From NCBI GenBank assembly GCA_963749155.1, contig CAVVLO010000002.1, positions 576,001-640,000 of the forward strand: a stretch of 64,000 bases of DNA, read 5' to 3'. The translations under genes and the position numbers were made by a program. The DNA is from an uncultured Armatimonadia bacterium (lineage in GTDB: Bacteria; Armatimonadota; Zipacnadia; CAVVLO01). The number at the start of each line of letters is the position of its first letter. Position 1 is the first letter of the stretch. Shown here piece by piece: positions 30,090 through 39,315 of this stretch. The notes under the pieces were generated by a model. That model worked only from the letters and a program-made list of their open reading frames with translations, did no database searches and had not been told where the DNA came from.

Positions 30090-31510
30090 TGTCCCGTTCC
30101 TTCCATCTCGGCCGGGTTGGCAATGATCCTGCCCAGCAAGAAGAATTTGCGGTCGGGATACCAGAGAACCGCCTTCCCGTTGCGTACGGTGAAACTGGCA
30201 TAGAGCGCCAGATCGAAACGGCCGCTGGTGCCGACTTTACCGAGGCTGACATTGTCGTGATCCATGAAAAATTGGAGCTCTCCGAACCAGACCGGTTGAT
30301 CGGCGTCAGGTTGATAGCGCCCGTGCAACAGATAGATCGGGCGGCGATTGTATCCGGTTACGGAAGGCTTGGGGACGAAGCCGGTGTAGTGTCCATCGTG
30401 ATCGTGGATGAAGAGCACGTAACGGCCACTGCCCGCCACGTTGCCGCCCACATCGTACATCGGGCAGGGAGAAACCGGATGCCGGAGCGGTTCGCCTCCG
30501 TCCCTGTGCAGCAGGCGGCGCGGCTGGGTCCAGGTTTCGCCCAGGTCGCCGCTCACGCTCCAGAAGGGACTGCCCGCACCGGTGCGCATGACGGTGAAGA
30601 GGCGGCCGTCCGGCAGTTTGACGATGGCGGGTTCCTGGCAGACGCTGTTCTCGGGCTCGAGCGTGGCCGGCACTGCCAGCGCGTCCTCCTTCTGGGCAAA
30701 CCAGCTGATCTCCAGATCGCCGGGTTCTGGATTGTCGTCCACATTCTCGAATCGCATGAACTCGACACGGGAATCGGTGGTGGCCAGCGACTTGTGCGGC
30801 TTCACCGCGAAACTGCTCCATCGCGTGAATCCGGCAAGATACTTGCCGTCCTTGCCCAATCGCAACGGTTTCTGCCAGACCAGGATGTTTGGCGGCATCG
30901 AGAGATCGGGGTTGTCCTTGTCACTGCGCGGCATCGGGATGTTCTGGGGCGACGACCAGGTCGCGCCGTTGTCGTCGCTGAAAAGGCCATGCAGCAGGCC
31001 GGTGTGATGATAGAAGGTGTCATACTTGCCAATATGCTGGCTGTAAAGCACATAGATGCGGCCCCGGCTGCTGACCAGTGGGAAGCCCCAGCTCGCGATG
31101 GGACCGTCACCCCCCTTCTTCGGTCCGGCGATCACATACGGAGCGGACCAGGTTACCCCCTCGTCGCTGCTGCGGGCGAAGACAATATGCTGGTCGCCCA
31201 CTTCTTTGTGTGCGTAATTTTCAACGGAACTCTGTGTCCAGACTGCCATCAGCGAACCGTCCGGGCCTTCGAAGACGAGAAAATGCTCGTTGCCCGTGTC
31301 GGCGACGGCCTTGCCGGTGGTGTCTGGGACGTAGACCACGTAGTCGGGTTTTGTCACCTGGAGCTGCGACCTGATGCGCTGCTGAAGCTCGGTCAGCGAA
31401 TCGATGAGATAGGGGTTTTCCTCCGGGTCAGCGCCTGGCCCTTCGGAGGCTGTCTTGCACGAAGCAACGGCCGCGATGATTGTGAAAAGGAGGCACTCCA
31501 GTGCCATCAT
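30086..31510 (-). CDS. BNR-repeat sialidase-like lipoprotein
   Basis: RBS gagga, possible lipobox VASC, Asp-boxes 'SSDEGVTW', 'SDDNGATW', 'SGDLGETW', and 'QEPAIVKLPDGRLFTVMRT'. Confidence 0.8.
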   Translation of the reverse strand: MMALECLLFTIIAAVASCKTASEGPGADPEENPYLIDSLTELQQRIRSQLQVTKPDYVVYVPDTTGKAVADTGNEHFLVFEGPDGSLMAVWTQSSVENYAHKEVGDQHIVFARSSDEGVTWSAPYVIAGPKKGGDGPIASWGFPLVSSRGRIYVLYSQHIGKYDTFYHHTGLLHGLFSDDNGATWSSPQNIPMPRSDKDNPDLSMPPNILVWQKPLRLGKDGKYLAGFTRWSSFAVKPHKSLATTDSRVEFMRFENVDDNPEPGDLEISWFAQKEDALAVPATLEPENSVCQEPAIVKLPDGRLFTVMRTGAGSPFWSVSGDLGETWTQPRRLLHRDGGEPLRHPVSPCPMYDVGGNVAGSGRYVLFIHDHDGHYTGFVPKPSVTGYNRRPIYLLHGRYQPDADQPVWFGELQFFMDHDNVSLGKVGTSGRFDLALYASFTVRNGKAVLWYPDRKFFLLGRIIANPAEMEGTGQ

Positions 31511-31679
31511 ATGCTCTGCTCCTCGACCGTGGCCTGGCCACGCCTGGGCGATCCGGAGCACCAAGGCTCAGGGCGGACAGGCTTGTGTCATCACGTACTA
31601 AAGTCTCACCAAGGCACAGTCGCCCCACGTCTGCTGCCGGGTGTCCAGACCTGAGGTCGGCAGCAGGACAAGGGTGCTG

Positions 31680-31731
31680 TGACCCGCCCCCCTCCATGAT
31701 ACCACGTGGTATTATGAGCGAGGGCAGGTCA
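31680..31731. mobile_element. 52-bp palindromic element made of two IS3-like terminal IRs (MITE-like scar)
   Basis: TGACCCGCCCCCCTCCATGATACCAC|GTGGTATTATGAGCGAGGGCAGGTCA. The arms match 20/26 and the termini are TG...CA. Confidence 0.55.
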
Positions 31732-31834
31732 GCCTTCTAGACTACACAGGGAGTTGACGCCCTATGGATCTCCCTGTCAGACAACCTTACTGAGCTTTTT
31801 CCGACCAAGCCGTGTTGCTGTGAGGGCCGACACC

Positions 31835-32527
31835 ATGCTCAAACGCTCGCTTATAAATGAAAGCATTGATCTGGCCATCGAGGTATTTGCCAAGCACCAC
31901 CTGCACCTCCCGCCGTTTGCCTACTGGACCCCTGCTGAATGGGAGGCCAAAGGCAAAGAAGCCGACGAGCTACGGGACTGCATGCTCGGATGGGACGTGA
32001 CCGATTTCGGCCACGGACAGTTCGACCGCTTTGGCAGGACCCTCTTCACACTTCGCAACGGCAAAGGCGAAGCCCCTTACCCGAAATCTTATGCGGAGAA
32101 GCTCATCCTTGATCCCCCTGGTCAGCGCGCCCCGCTGCACTATCACCGCAGCAAGCGAGAGGACATCATCAACCGGGGGCAGCACGGGATCATCGTCATC
32201 GAGGTGCAAGTGGCGGGCGAGGACGGGCGCCCCTCGGGAAAGCCGTTCGACCTCCAGGTGAATGGCGTGACGCGGCACCTGGAATCGGGCCCGGCGCGCC
32301 TTCGCCTGGCTCCAGGTGAGAGCGTCTGCCTGCATCCAGGTACGCTGCACCAGTTCTGGGGAGAGGAGGGCGGAGAGAACGCAGTGTCGGGCGAGGTGTC
32401 CGGAGTCTGCGATGACATCAGCGACAACGTCTTCATCGGCGAGGCCAGTGTCCGTTTCCCCGGCATCGAGGAGGACGAGCCTCGCCGCTACTACCTTTGC
32501 AATGAGTATCCTCCGGCCGCAGGCTAG
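31835..32527 (+). CDS. D-lyxose/D-mannose family sugar isomerase (cupin)
   Basis: 'LPPFAYWTP', 'LGWDVTDFG', 'LFTLRNG', 'YAEKL', 'PLHYHRSKREDIINRG' and 'GEVSGVCDDISDNVF'. Confidence 0.9.
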   Translation: MLKRSLINESIDLAIEVFAKHHLHLPPFAYWTPAEWEAKGKEADELRDCMLGWDVTDFGHGQFDRFGRTLFTLRNGKGEAPYPKSYAEKLILDPPGQRAPLHYHRSKREDIINRGQHGIIVIEVQVAGEDGRPSGKPFDLQVNGVTRHLESGPARLRLAPGESVCLHPGTLHQFWGEEGGENAVSGEVSGVCDDISDNVFIGEASVRFPGIEEDEPRRYYLCNEYPPAAG

Positions 32528-32895
32528 AAGCGCAGCCCCTTACTCTCACACAGTCCAGGGGGACGCGCCGGGCGCTTTGAGCTGGGCCTTGTGCCCAGGT
32601 CAGAGCTGCTTCGATCTGATAAGAATCCTTAGCCCGTTGCACTCGGTCCTCAGGTCGCTGAAGGTTGATCTGACAAACACCTCGAGCCTCTGACTGGCTC
32701 TGGCCCTTTACTACGTCCGCAGAGCAACACTGGTAGGGGAGCCGATGTGTGACATGAAGGTTGGGTGCGTGAGCAGGAGTGAACGGTCAGGTCCCGAGCT
32801 GAGCAGCTACTCGCAAGGCGCAGAACCTTGAGCCGAACCTGTCTGAAGCGGCAGGGAAAGCTACCTGGTCGTCCACAGCTGGGCGCGCCGGTTAC

Positions 32896-35800
32896 TCAGT
32901 AAACCTTGATGTCATGTTCGAACACGCCCCAGTCATCAAGTTTCACCTTTATTACGTAATCACCGGAAGGGAACCGCGGGATCTCCTGGGGCACGATGTG
33001 TACCATAAAGATACCATCGGCGGAGAGATTGCCGCTCAGACGCGTGCGCGAGTTGCCCTCATAGGTCAGATCAATCTGAAATCGCACAGGGCCGGTCATG
33101 CCGCGCAGCTCAAAAAGGAAGAGCAATTCCTGGATGGTGGATGGGAACTTCCAGGCCGAGCCCTGGGGAGCCTGATCCAGGTCCACCGAGCGGCAGAGCG
33201 CCAGGCGCACTAGCGGGGCAGCGTCAGTCAGGTCTACCCAGCCGTCAGAGTTGTACTCGGACGCAGAAGCGGCTCCGGTATCAGAAGCGGGTCCGGTCGC
33301 AACGGTCGTAGGCGCGGCGGAAACGAAGAGCAGCTCCAGTGTATCGCCTGGGTCAGGCAGGTCGGCCAACAAAGGCGCCTGCTGGGCTGAGCTCAGAGGC
33401 GTTAGTTCGCCGGCCGCGGAAACGGCAAGGCCCTCGTGTGCCTCGAGCAACCTGGGAGCCTGCGCCTCGGTCGTTTGAATCGCCAGGCTTCCTTCGACAG
33501 TCGTCACCTGCAGCGCGCCCTGGGGAGTGACCTCGGCCACGAAGGCCGTGCCCTGGGGGCTGACCGTGCAGCCAGCCGCGCTCAGTACCAGCGCCCCCTC
33601 AGCGGCGAGGCGGCCTTTCTCCAGTATCAGAGTGCTGCTTCCCGGGACGGTGACCTGGGTGCCCTGCTTCAGGATCGCCTGCTTCGGCTTGCCGTCCGCC
33701 GCAGGCCACGCCAGCAGGAAATCGCCCTGCTCAGCCACCAGAACAGTACCCGGCTTCACCAGATTCACCCCGCGGTCCACGAATTCCACCGGTTGGTTGC
33801 CCATGAGCAGCGTGCCGGGGGGGCCCTCGGGAGCAGAGAGGGGTGATACGACAGGCTTGGCGGGTGTCGCCGCAGAGTCCTCAAACAGCCGATACCGCTT
33901 GGCCAGCGCCTCAAGGTCTACCGCGTTGGGCACATGCACGGGCGTACCGTAGTCCTTGCGAGACTGCACCCATTCCTCAAGTGTGCGGGCGGCACGCTTG
34001 TAGACATAGCATTCCCTGCGGTACTGCAGCATCGTGGCCAGATAGTCGGCGTATACCTGTGCGGGAGCACTCTGGCTGCGGCCTCCATACAGGCTCAGGA
34101 GGAAACGCGTGCACACTCCCTCGATTTGCTGCCCAGGATGGGCCCCCTGGAGTGCTTGATCCGCCTTGGTGTCGTCATCGAAATCCACCAGGTAGCCCCG
34201 TCGGTTGTAGAGTGAATCCTTGCACTCGGGATGGCGCGCCAGCCAGAAGGTGTGCATCAGGTATGCGAACAGGTCAGCGGTGGATTCTGCAAAGGCCGTA
34301 TATCTGCGCGCCGAGCTGGTGGTGCCGCTATACTCTATGCGCCAGCCGATATCCGCTGGATCGGCCATAGGGATCGACCAAGTGTTGTGCGTGTGCCCCA
34401 CGAGCGAATTGTAGACGATGGAAAGGTAGTAATGGCGCTCGATGAGGCTGTGATGCACCAGGTGGCCGGCTTCGTGGAACAAGATGGTATACGCAGGATC
34501 GTTCTCGAGATCGTTGGGGTCGCTTGCATACCACTGCCCCTCAGCACCGGGCAACTTGATGACGTCCGAGCCGATAAGGCCATCGGCGAAGTGCGGCACG
34601 CTGCCCTCAGGCCCGCCTGACTCGAATCGCACTGCACTGATCTGGCTGGTCAGCATCTCCCGGCCTTTCGCCGTGAGGGGCATCGAATTGGCGAATTCCA
34701 GTAACCACTTCCGGAGCCGTTGCTGGTGTTCGTCGGGCGAAAGCAGATCGAAGAGGCCAAGGTCGCACGTCTCGCCGGCCGCAAAGGGCTTCAGCACCGT
34801 GTAATTCAATGGACAGGGCGCTGAATCGTCCCACTTCAGCTTGAGGTCGGATGTGGCAAACCTCTGGGCAAGCGAGATCAGCAACAGGAACTTCTCTTCG
34901 GCCAGTTTGCTCCCCAAAAGCCGAGTCTTCGGCAAGGTTTCGGGCAGGATATTCAACGCCCGGGGCTGCATATCCGCGTCCACATATGTGCCCACCAGGA
35001 CAGCTGCATTCAAGGGGACCGTCAAGCTGGCATCCGGACCCTCGTAATCGCCCATCGGCCCCGCGTGGAAGGTAGCCGAGGGCACTCCCTGCGTAAGGTC
35101 CACGGTGGCGAAGTCGTCCCGAATCTCTACTGTCACAGGAGCCTGACCTGCCGCATTGGTGGTTACTGTCCCCGTGGAGAGGTTTGCCCACGGACACGAC
35201 TTTGACAACGCGACCTCGACAAGCACGCCCGCCTGCGGCTTGCCTGAGGTATCAGTGACGCTAACCGTCAGTTGCGCCTGGGCGGACGCTCCCTTCGCCA
35301 CCGGCGTGGGCAAGAGTGCTGGCTCACAGGCCAGTTGTACCCTCACCTGCTGGGGCTGTTCACCGGTAGCCTGGCTCGCGGTGGCAGACTGCGCCGCCGT
35401 TCCGCCTGGCGCATGCACCAGATAGCGGCCAGCGTCACCAGCACACACCAACACCAGTCCGGTATCCCCGTTGGTGGCGAAGTTGAAACTCAGCGACTCA
35501 TCTGCCCGACTAAGGGCGTGGGCCAGGGCCTCAGCGGCCAGCGAACCGTAGAGCGCCTCACCTTCTTCCGCTCCGGAAAGCTCGCGGAGACTGTCGCCCT
35601 CAATCAGGTAGTTCCTCGTGGTGTCCTCTGCGTAGGTGCTGATTCTATTGGCGACCACAAACTTGCTATTGGGACAGGCGCGAAGCTCCCAGGCACCGAT
35701 GCCGCTGGCAACGGAGGTGGGAATAAGCAGGCCGTTGCGCCCGAGGTAGACCTCATAGCTGGGATAGCTAGGGCGGCCTTCAAGCGGCTCGAAGGGCAGG

Positions 35801-36669
35801 GCCTTGGTGGCAACGAATAGCTCATAACTGCCCGAGGGGAGCAAGGTCAAAGAGCCAGACGGCAGCTGGCCGATAGGCTCGAACCAAGGGGAAGAAAGAT
35901 CCTGCGTCACCTGGCTGTTGCCTATACAGCCCTGTGTGCCGGAATTGTTTACCAGTCCCGCGCTTCCCCCGTCGGGATAGAAAGGTCGCAGTTCGCCGTT
36001 GGGGCCTGGCTTGACTGGCTTGGGCTTCTGAGCTAGCCAGCGACCTTGGCCCCCAGTCAAGGGATACAGCGCCCCAAAGCTACCGTGCTCAGTACGGAAC
36101 ACACTTGCCGTCCAACGGGAGGCCAGTGGGTCCAGCGGATCAGGTGTATCAACTTCGACGGTAAGAGGGTCGAGTCCCGGTTTCCATCCGGAGGGCAGTG
36201 CCCCCGGATACCCGATTGTCACCGTGGCTTTGGGCAAGGGCGCTGTTTCCCACCACCCCGAGATCACCTTGAAGGTGACTTCCTGCTTCTTGCCTGTGGT
36301 TTGCGCCTCAAGCGTGTAGAACCTGACCTCAGCGCCCTCAATAGAGTCTAGCGGGAGCGGCCCGAAATCACCGCTGGTCACTGCAAGGGACTTACCCTTG
36401 AGTTTCAGACTCACACCGTCATAGACCCGTCCCTTTACCTCCAGGTCAGCGATTTCATCTGCCGCCAGCACAAAAGCGGCCCCCTCACAGAGCATGAGAC
36501 CATCGCTGGTATATCGCCGTTGTTCCGGCCAAGCCTGCACCCACTGGGTAGTGCCAGCCTTGCGCACCCAAATGGTCGATACCAGGTCTGCCGGCGTGGT
36601 GAGCGCCAACGCCTGGCCAGCCAGGCACCACAAGACCAGTGTACTTAGGGCAAGTCTCAGGAGTCGCAC
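32896..36669 (-). CDS. Large secreted protein (1257 aa) with Ig-like domain, HExxH metalloprotease-like domain and FecR-like segment
   Basis: Signal peptide, Big_1-like 'LTVSVTDTSGKPQAGVLV...TTNAAGQA', 'LFHEAGHLVHH...FAESTADLF', and FecR-like 'GTAFVAEV...VTTVEGSL'. Confidence 0.7.
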   Translation of the reverse strand: MRLLRLALSTLVLWCLAGQALALTTPADLVSTIWVRKAGTTQWVQAWPEQRRYTSDGLMLCEGAAFVLAADEIADLEVKGRVYDGVSLKLKGKSLAVTSGDFGPLPLDSIEGAEVRFYTLEAQTTGKKQEVTFKVISGWWETAPLPKATVTIGYPGALPSGWKPGLDPLTVEVDTPDPLDPLASRWTASVFRTEHGSFGALYPLTGGQGRWLAQKPKPVKPGPNGELRPFYPDGGSAGLVNNSGTQGCIGNSQVTQDLSSPWFEPIGQLPSGSLTLLPSGSYELFVATKALPFEPLEGRPSYPSYEVYLGRNGLLIPTSVASGIGAWELRACPNSKFVVANRISTYAEDTTRNYLIEGDSLRELSGAEEGEALYGSLAAEALAHALSRADESLSFNFATNGDTGLVLVCAGDAGRYLVHAPGGTAAQSATASQATGEQPQQVRVQLACEPALLPTPVAKGASAQAQLTVSVTDTSGKPQAGVLVEVALSKSCPWANLSTGTVTTNAAGQAPVTVEIRDDFATVDLTQGVPSATFHAGPMGDYEGPDASLTVPLNAAVLVGTYVDADMQPRALNILPETLPKTRLLGSKLAEEKFLLLISLAQRFATSDLKLKWDDSAPCPLNYTVLKPFAAGETCDLGLFDLLSPDEHQQRLRKWLLEFANSMPLTAKGREMLTSQISAVRFESGGPEGSVPHFADGLIGSDVIKLPGAEGQWYASDPNDLENDPAYTILFHEAGHLVHHSLIERHYYLSIVYNSLVGHTHNTWSIPMADPADIGWRIEYSGTTSSARRYTAFAESTADLFAYLMHTFWLARHPECKDSLYNRRGYLVDFDDDTKADQALQGAHPGQQIEGVCTRFLLSLYGGRSQSAPAQVYADYLATMLQYRRECYVYKRAARTLEEWVQSRKDYGTPVHVPNAVDLEALAKRYRLFEDSAATPAKPVVSPLSAPEGPPGTLLMGNQPVEFVDRGVNLVKPGTVLVAEQGDFLLAWPAADGKPKQAILKQGTQVTVPGSSTLILEKGRLAAEGALVLSAAGCTVSPQGTAFVAEVTPQGALQVTTVEGSLAIQTTEAQAPRLLEAHEGLAVSAAGELTPLSSAQQAPLLADLPDPGDTLELLFVSAAPTTVATGPASDTGAASASEYNSDGWVDLTDAAPLVRLALCRSVDLDQAPQGSAWKFPSTIQELLFLFELRGMTGPVRFQIDLTYEGNSRTRLSGNLSADGIFMVHIVPQEIPRFPSGDYVIKVKLDDWGVFEHDIKVY

Positions 36670-36949
36670 TCGAAGGGCCTCCCCCAGGCTGAACTCCCCT
36701 CAGGTTTCCGTCCGCCAAGGGGCAAGTCTAATTTTGGCAATTCTTCTTTTCTCCGGGCAGTCCTCCTTTCCTAGAGGAACCGGGCTGGCGACTGGGGAGC
36801 AGGAGGCGAAGGCCGGCCTTCTCCGACTCAGTGGGAGAGGGACTGAACTGCCCTGGCGGATTTGTGGCAACTGCTCTTCGAAAAGCTGTTCGGCTGGAGA
36901 GAAACCCAAGTTTGGCCAGTGGGAGGTCGAGGTGAACGTGTTCTGTGCC

Positions 36950-37084
36950 GAAGCGACATAAGCTGCCTGACTCTGGAGAAGCGCCTACTGGCGGCCTGGG
37001 TGGAGAAAGCAAAACTGGTTCCGGACACGCTTGAAGTGGAAATCCACTACAGGCTTCCGGAACCAGTCGTAGATAGCATGGTAG
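36950..37084 (+). repeat. Right copy of direct repeat, overlapping the tRNA 3' end; probable recombinase C-terminal remnant
   Basis: Reads 'CLTLEKRLLAAWVEKAKLVPDTLEVEIHYRLPEPVVDSMVAG' and continues through the antisense tRNA to the stop at 37122. Confidence 0.85.
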
Positions 37085-37155
37085 CGGGGGCAGGATTCGA
37101 ACCTGCGACCTGCGGGTTATGAGCCCGCCGAGCTGCCAGACTGCTCCACCCCGCG
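37079..37155 (-). tRNA. Initiator tRNA-fMet (CAT)
   Basis: CGCGGGGTGGAGCAGTCTGGCAGCTCGGCGGGCTCATAACCCGCAGGTCGCAGGTTCGAATCCTGCCCCCGCTACCA: 77 nt, CAT anticodon, GGG/CCC anticodon stem, unpaired C1:U72, encoded CCA. Confidence 0.97.
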
Positions 37156-37166
37156 ATTCCGCCGTT

Positions 37167-37195
37167 AGAGTAGCACTCGCCCCTGCCACTGTCAA
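37167..37195 (-). promoter_or_regulatory. Sigma70-type promoter of tRNA-fMet
   Basis: TTGACA-17 nt-TACTCT with extended TG, ending 11 nt before the tRNA 5' end. Confidence 0.75.
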
Positions 37196-37230
37196 GGCGT
37201 TCCGCAGGCTTTGACCGAAGGCGCCGAGAT

Positions 37231-37779
37231 CTAAGCCCGCGGCAACTCGTAGAGATCTCTGCCCTGGCAGTCTGCCCCGACGGTCACGGGGAAGTCTTCG
37301 ACAACCAGCCTGTGAATGGCCTCGGGACCCAGATCATCGTAAGCGACCACCCTGGCTTCCTTGATTGAGCGCGCAAGCAAGGCGCCCAACCCTCCGATGG
37401 CGACGAGATAGACCGCCTTGTATTGTTTCAGAGCGTCCAGCACCTCGCGACTACGCTGGCCCTTCCCGATCATCCCTTTAAGGCCCAGGGCAAGCAACTC
37501 CTGGGTGTAAGCGTCCATCCGCCCTGCGGTTGTCGGCCCGGCCGAACCAATCACAAAGCCAGGGGGAGGTGGGGTTGGGCCAACATAGTAGAGCACCTGG
37601 CCAGCGAGCTCTACCGGCAGCGATTCGCCCCTCTCAAGCGCTTCGTGCATCCGCTTATGAGCCGCATCACGCGCAGTGTAGAGAACCCCGGAAAGTAATA
37701 TCTCATCGCCGGCCGCAAGCGAACAAACCAGCTCTTCTGTGAGTGGGGTGGTGATACGTTTGGCGCAGCAAGAGCCCAT
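37231..37779 (-). CDS. Fe-S hydro-lyase (two-subunit class I fumarate hydratase) beta subunit
   Basis: 'LSGVLYTARDAAHKR', 'GSAGPTTAGRMD', 'MIGKG' and 'DLGPEAI'. Confidence 0.92.
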   Translation of the reverse strand: MGSCCAKRITTPLTEELVCSLAAGDEILLSGVLYTARDAAHKRMHEALERGESLPVELAGQVLYYVGPTPPPPGFVIGSAGPTTAGRMDAYTQELLALGLKGMIGKGQRSREVLDALKQYKAVYLVAIGGLGALLARSIKEARVVAYDDLGPEAIHRLVVEDFPVTVGADCQGRDLYELPRA

Positions 37780-37780
37780 A

Positions 37781-38624
37781 CTAGAGCACCTCGCTTGCAT
37801 GCCTGGCTGCGTGACAGTTGAGGTTGATCATCACCGGGCAGGCTTGCGATATGGCAACCTGTGGCCTCAATCGTGACCGAAAGCGCTGTCGTGTCGCCAC
37901 CAAGGCCGGCGGGACCGATGCCCAGGGAGTTTACTTCCTCAAGCAACCTCGCTTCCAGCTCCGCCAGTTGGGGGTCGGGATTGACACTGCCCACAGGGCG
38001 AAGCAAGGCGCGTTTGGCAAGCAAGCCGGCCTGCTCTGCCGTGCCGCCCAGGCCCACTCCAACGATGAGCGGAGGACAGGCGGCCGCGCCCCCTTTATCA
38101 ACGGTTTCCAGCACTGCAGCTACGATGCCTTCGACCCCATCTGCGGGTTCGAGCATCCACAGCTTGCTTTTGTTCTCGCTACCGCCGCCTTTGGGAGCTA
38201 CTGTGACTTTTACTTTATCGCCTGGCACTTCGGAGAGATGCAATATGCAGGGGGTATTGGTACCGGTATTCACCCGGTCAAGGGGGTTGCGGACGACCGA
38301 CTTGCGTAGATAGCCTTCCGCGTAGCCTTTGGCAATTCCCGCATTAACGGCGTCCTCGAGCAGCTCTCCTGTGAAAAGCACCTCTCGGCCTCGCTCGATG
38401 AACACTACGGCCAGGCCGGTGTCCTGGCAAAGGGGCAGCCCAGAGCTACGAGAATACTCGGCGTTTTCGAGCAGCAACTCCAGCACGCGCTTGCCTCGGG
38501 GATGAGGTTCCCTTCCTGCCGCTTCCCGCAGTGCCGCCAGTACGTCCTCGGGCAGCTCGATAGCCGCCTTGAGGCATAACCGACGCACACAGTCCTCAAC
38601 GAGGGCAGTTGAGAGCTCTCTCAC
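37781..38624 (-). CDS. Fe-S hydro-lyase (fumarate hydratase) alpha subunit; +1 frameshift near 37836
   Basis: 'PLCQDTG', 'GYLRKSVV', 'PKGGGSEN' and 'ACPP', ending 'CHIASLP|VMINLNCHAARH...*' after the frameshift. Confidence 0.9.
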
Positions 38625-39302
38625 GGGGCCTGGACCTCTTTGCAATTGGCAGGTGGGATAACCACAATCTGGGTATCGTCAGGTAGCTCGGTAGTGGGGA
38701 TAACCAGCTCGCTACGAGTGAGCTCGATCACATTTTCTTTCTCGTCTGAGATAGTCATCGAGTTCGGCGATGGGGAAATCTACGCAGACCGTCTTGTAAT
38801 GCATCGGGACGACGAGTTTCGGCTGCAGCAGTTCGATCAGTTGGTCGGCCGTGGCACCATCAATTGTAAAATGACCGCCCACGGGAACCAGTAACACATC
38901 GACCAGGCCAAGTGGACGCAGTTCTTCGGCAGTAGGGAGATGGCCCAAATCACCACAGTGGCAGACTTTGAGACCATCCAGCTCGAGGCAGAAGACGATA
39001 TTCTTACCTCGCTGAGCGCCGCCTACCGCATCGTGGAAGAACTCGACTCCGACGATCCGCATGCCTTTTACCTCGTGCTCTCCCGCGGTGCGGATGACCT
39101 CGGGACTATCGGGCAAGTCACCTGCGCCGTTATGGTCGGCGTGGTCGTGACTTATCGTAACGAGGTCGGCCACTTCCGCCACGGGTTCATACCGGAAGGA
39201 GTCGCCGTAGGCGCTTTTGGCATAGGGATCGCAAAGTACGCGCGCGCCGGTCTTTTCCGAGGTGAGCAGGAAACAAGAATGGCCGATGTATTTGAGCTTC
39301 AC
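38621..39302 (-). CDS. MBL-fold metallo-hydrolase (UPF0173-like); +1 frameshift near 38745
   Basis: 'GHSCF', 'SHDHADH', 'HCGDLG' and 'VPMHY'. The corrected stop overlaps the next GTG (GTGA). Confidence 0.85.
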
Positions 39303-39315
39303 AGTGGCCCTCCCC

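Larger units (their letters stand above)
26989..37084. mobile_element. ~10 kb genomic island integrated at the tRNA-fMet 3' end, with no intact integrase
   Basis: Flanking direct repeats overlap the tRNA end. Internal IS3 scars and cargo that looks more GC-rich by eye. Confidence 0.7.

Noticed and set aside
30089..31654. 521-aa + strand ORF, and similar long ORFs such as 40432..41367, 55068..56324 and 1437..2630
   Set aside because: These are antisense shadows of well-supported genes in high-GC DNA, with no recognisable motifs.
31631..31666. Hairpin CTGCTGCCG...CGGCAGCAG in the intergenic region
   Set aside because: It has no U-tract or family signature, and a 9-bp GC stem is plausible by chance.
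32790..32862. TPP-riboswitch-like words (GCTGAG...GAACCTG...AGGGAA)
   Set aside because: The ACCC/P2 and P4-P5 pairings are missing, and it lies between convergent genes with no downstream + gene.
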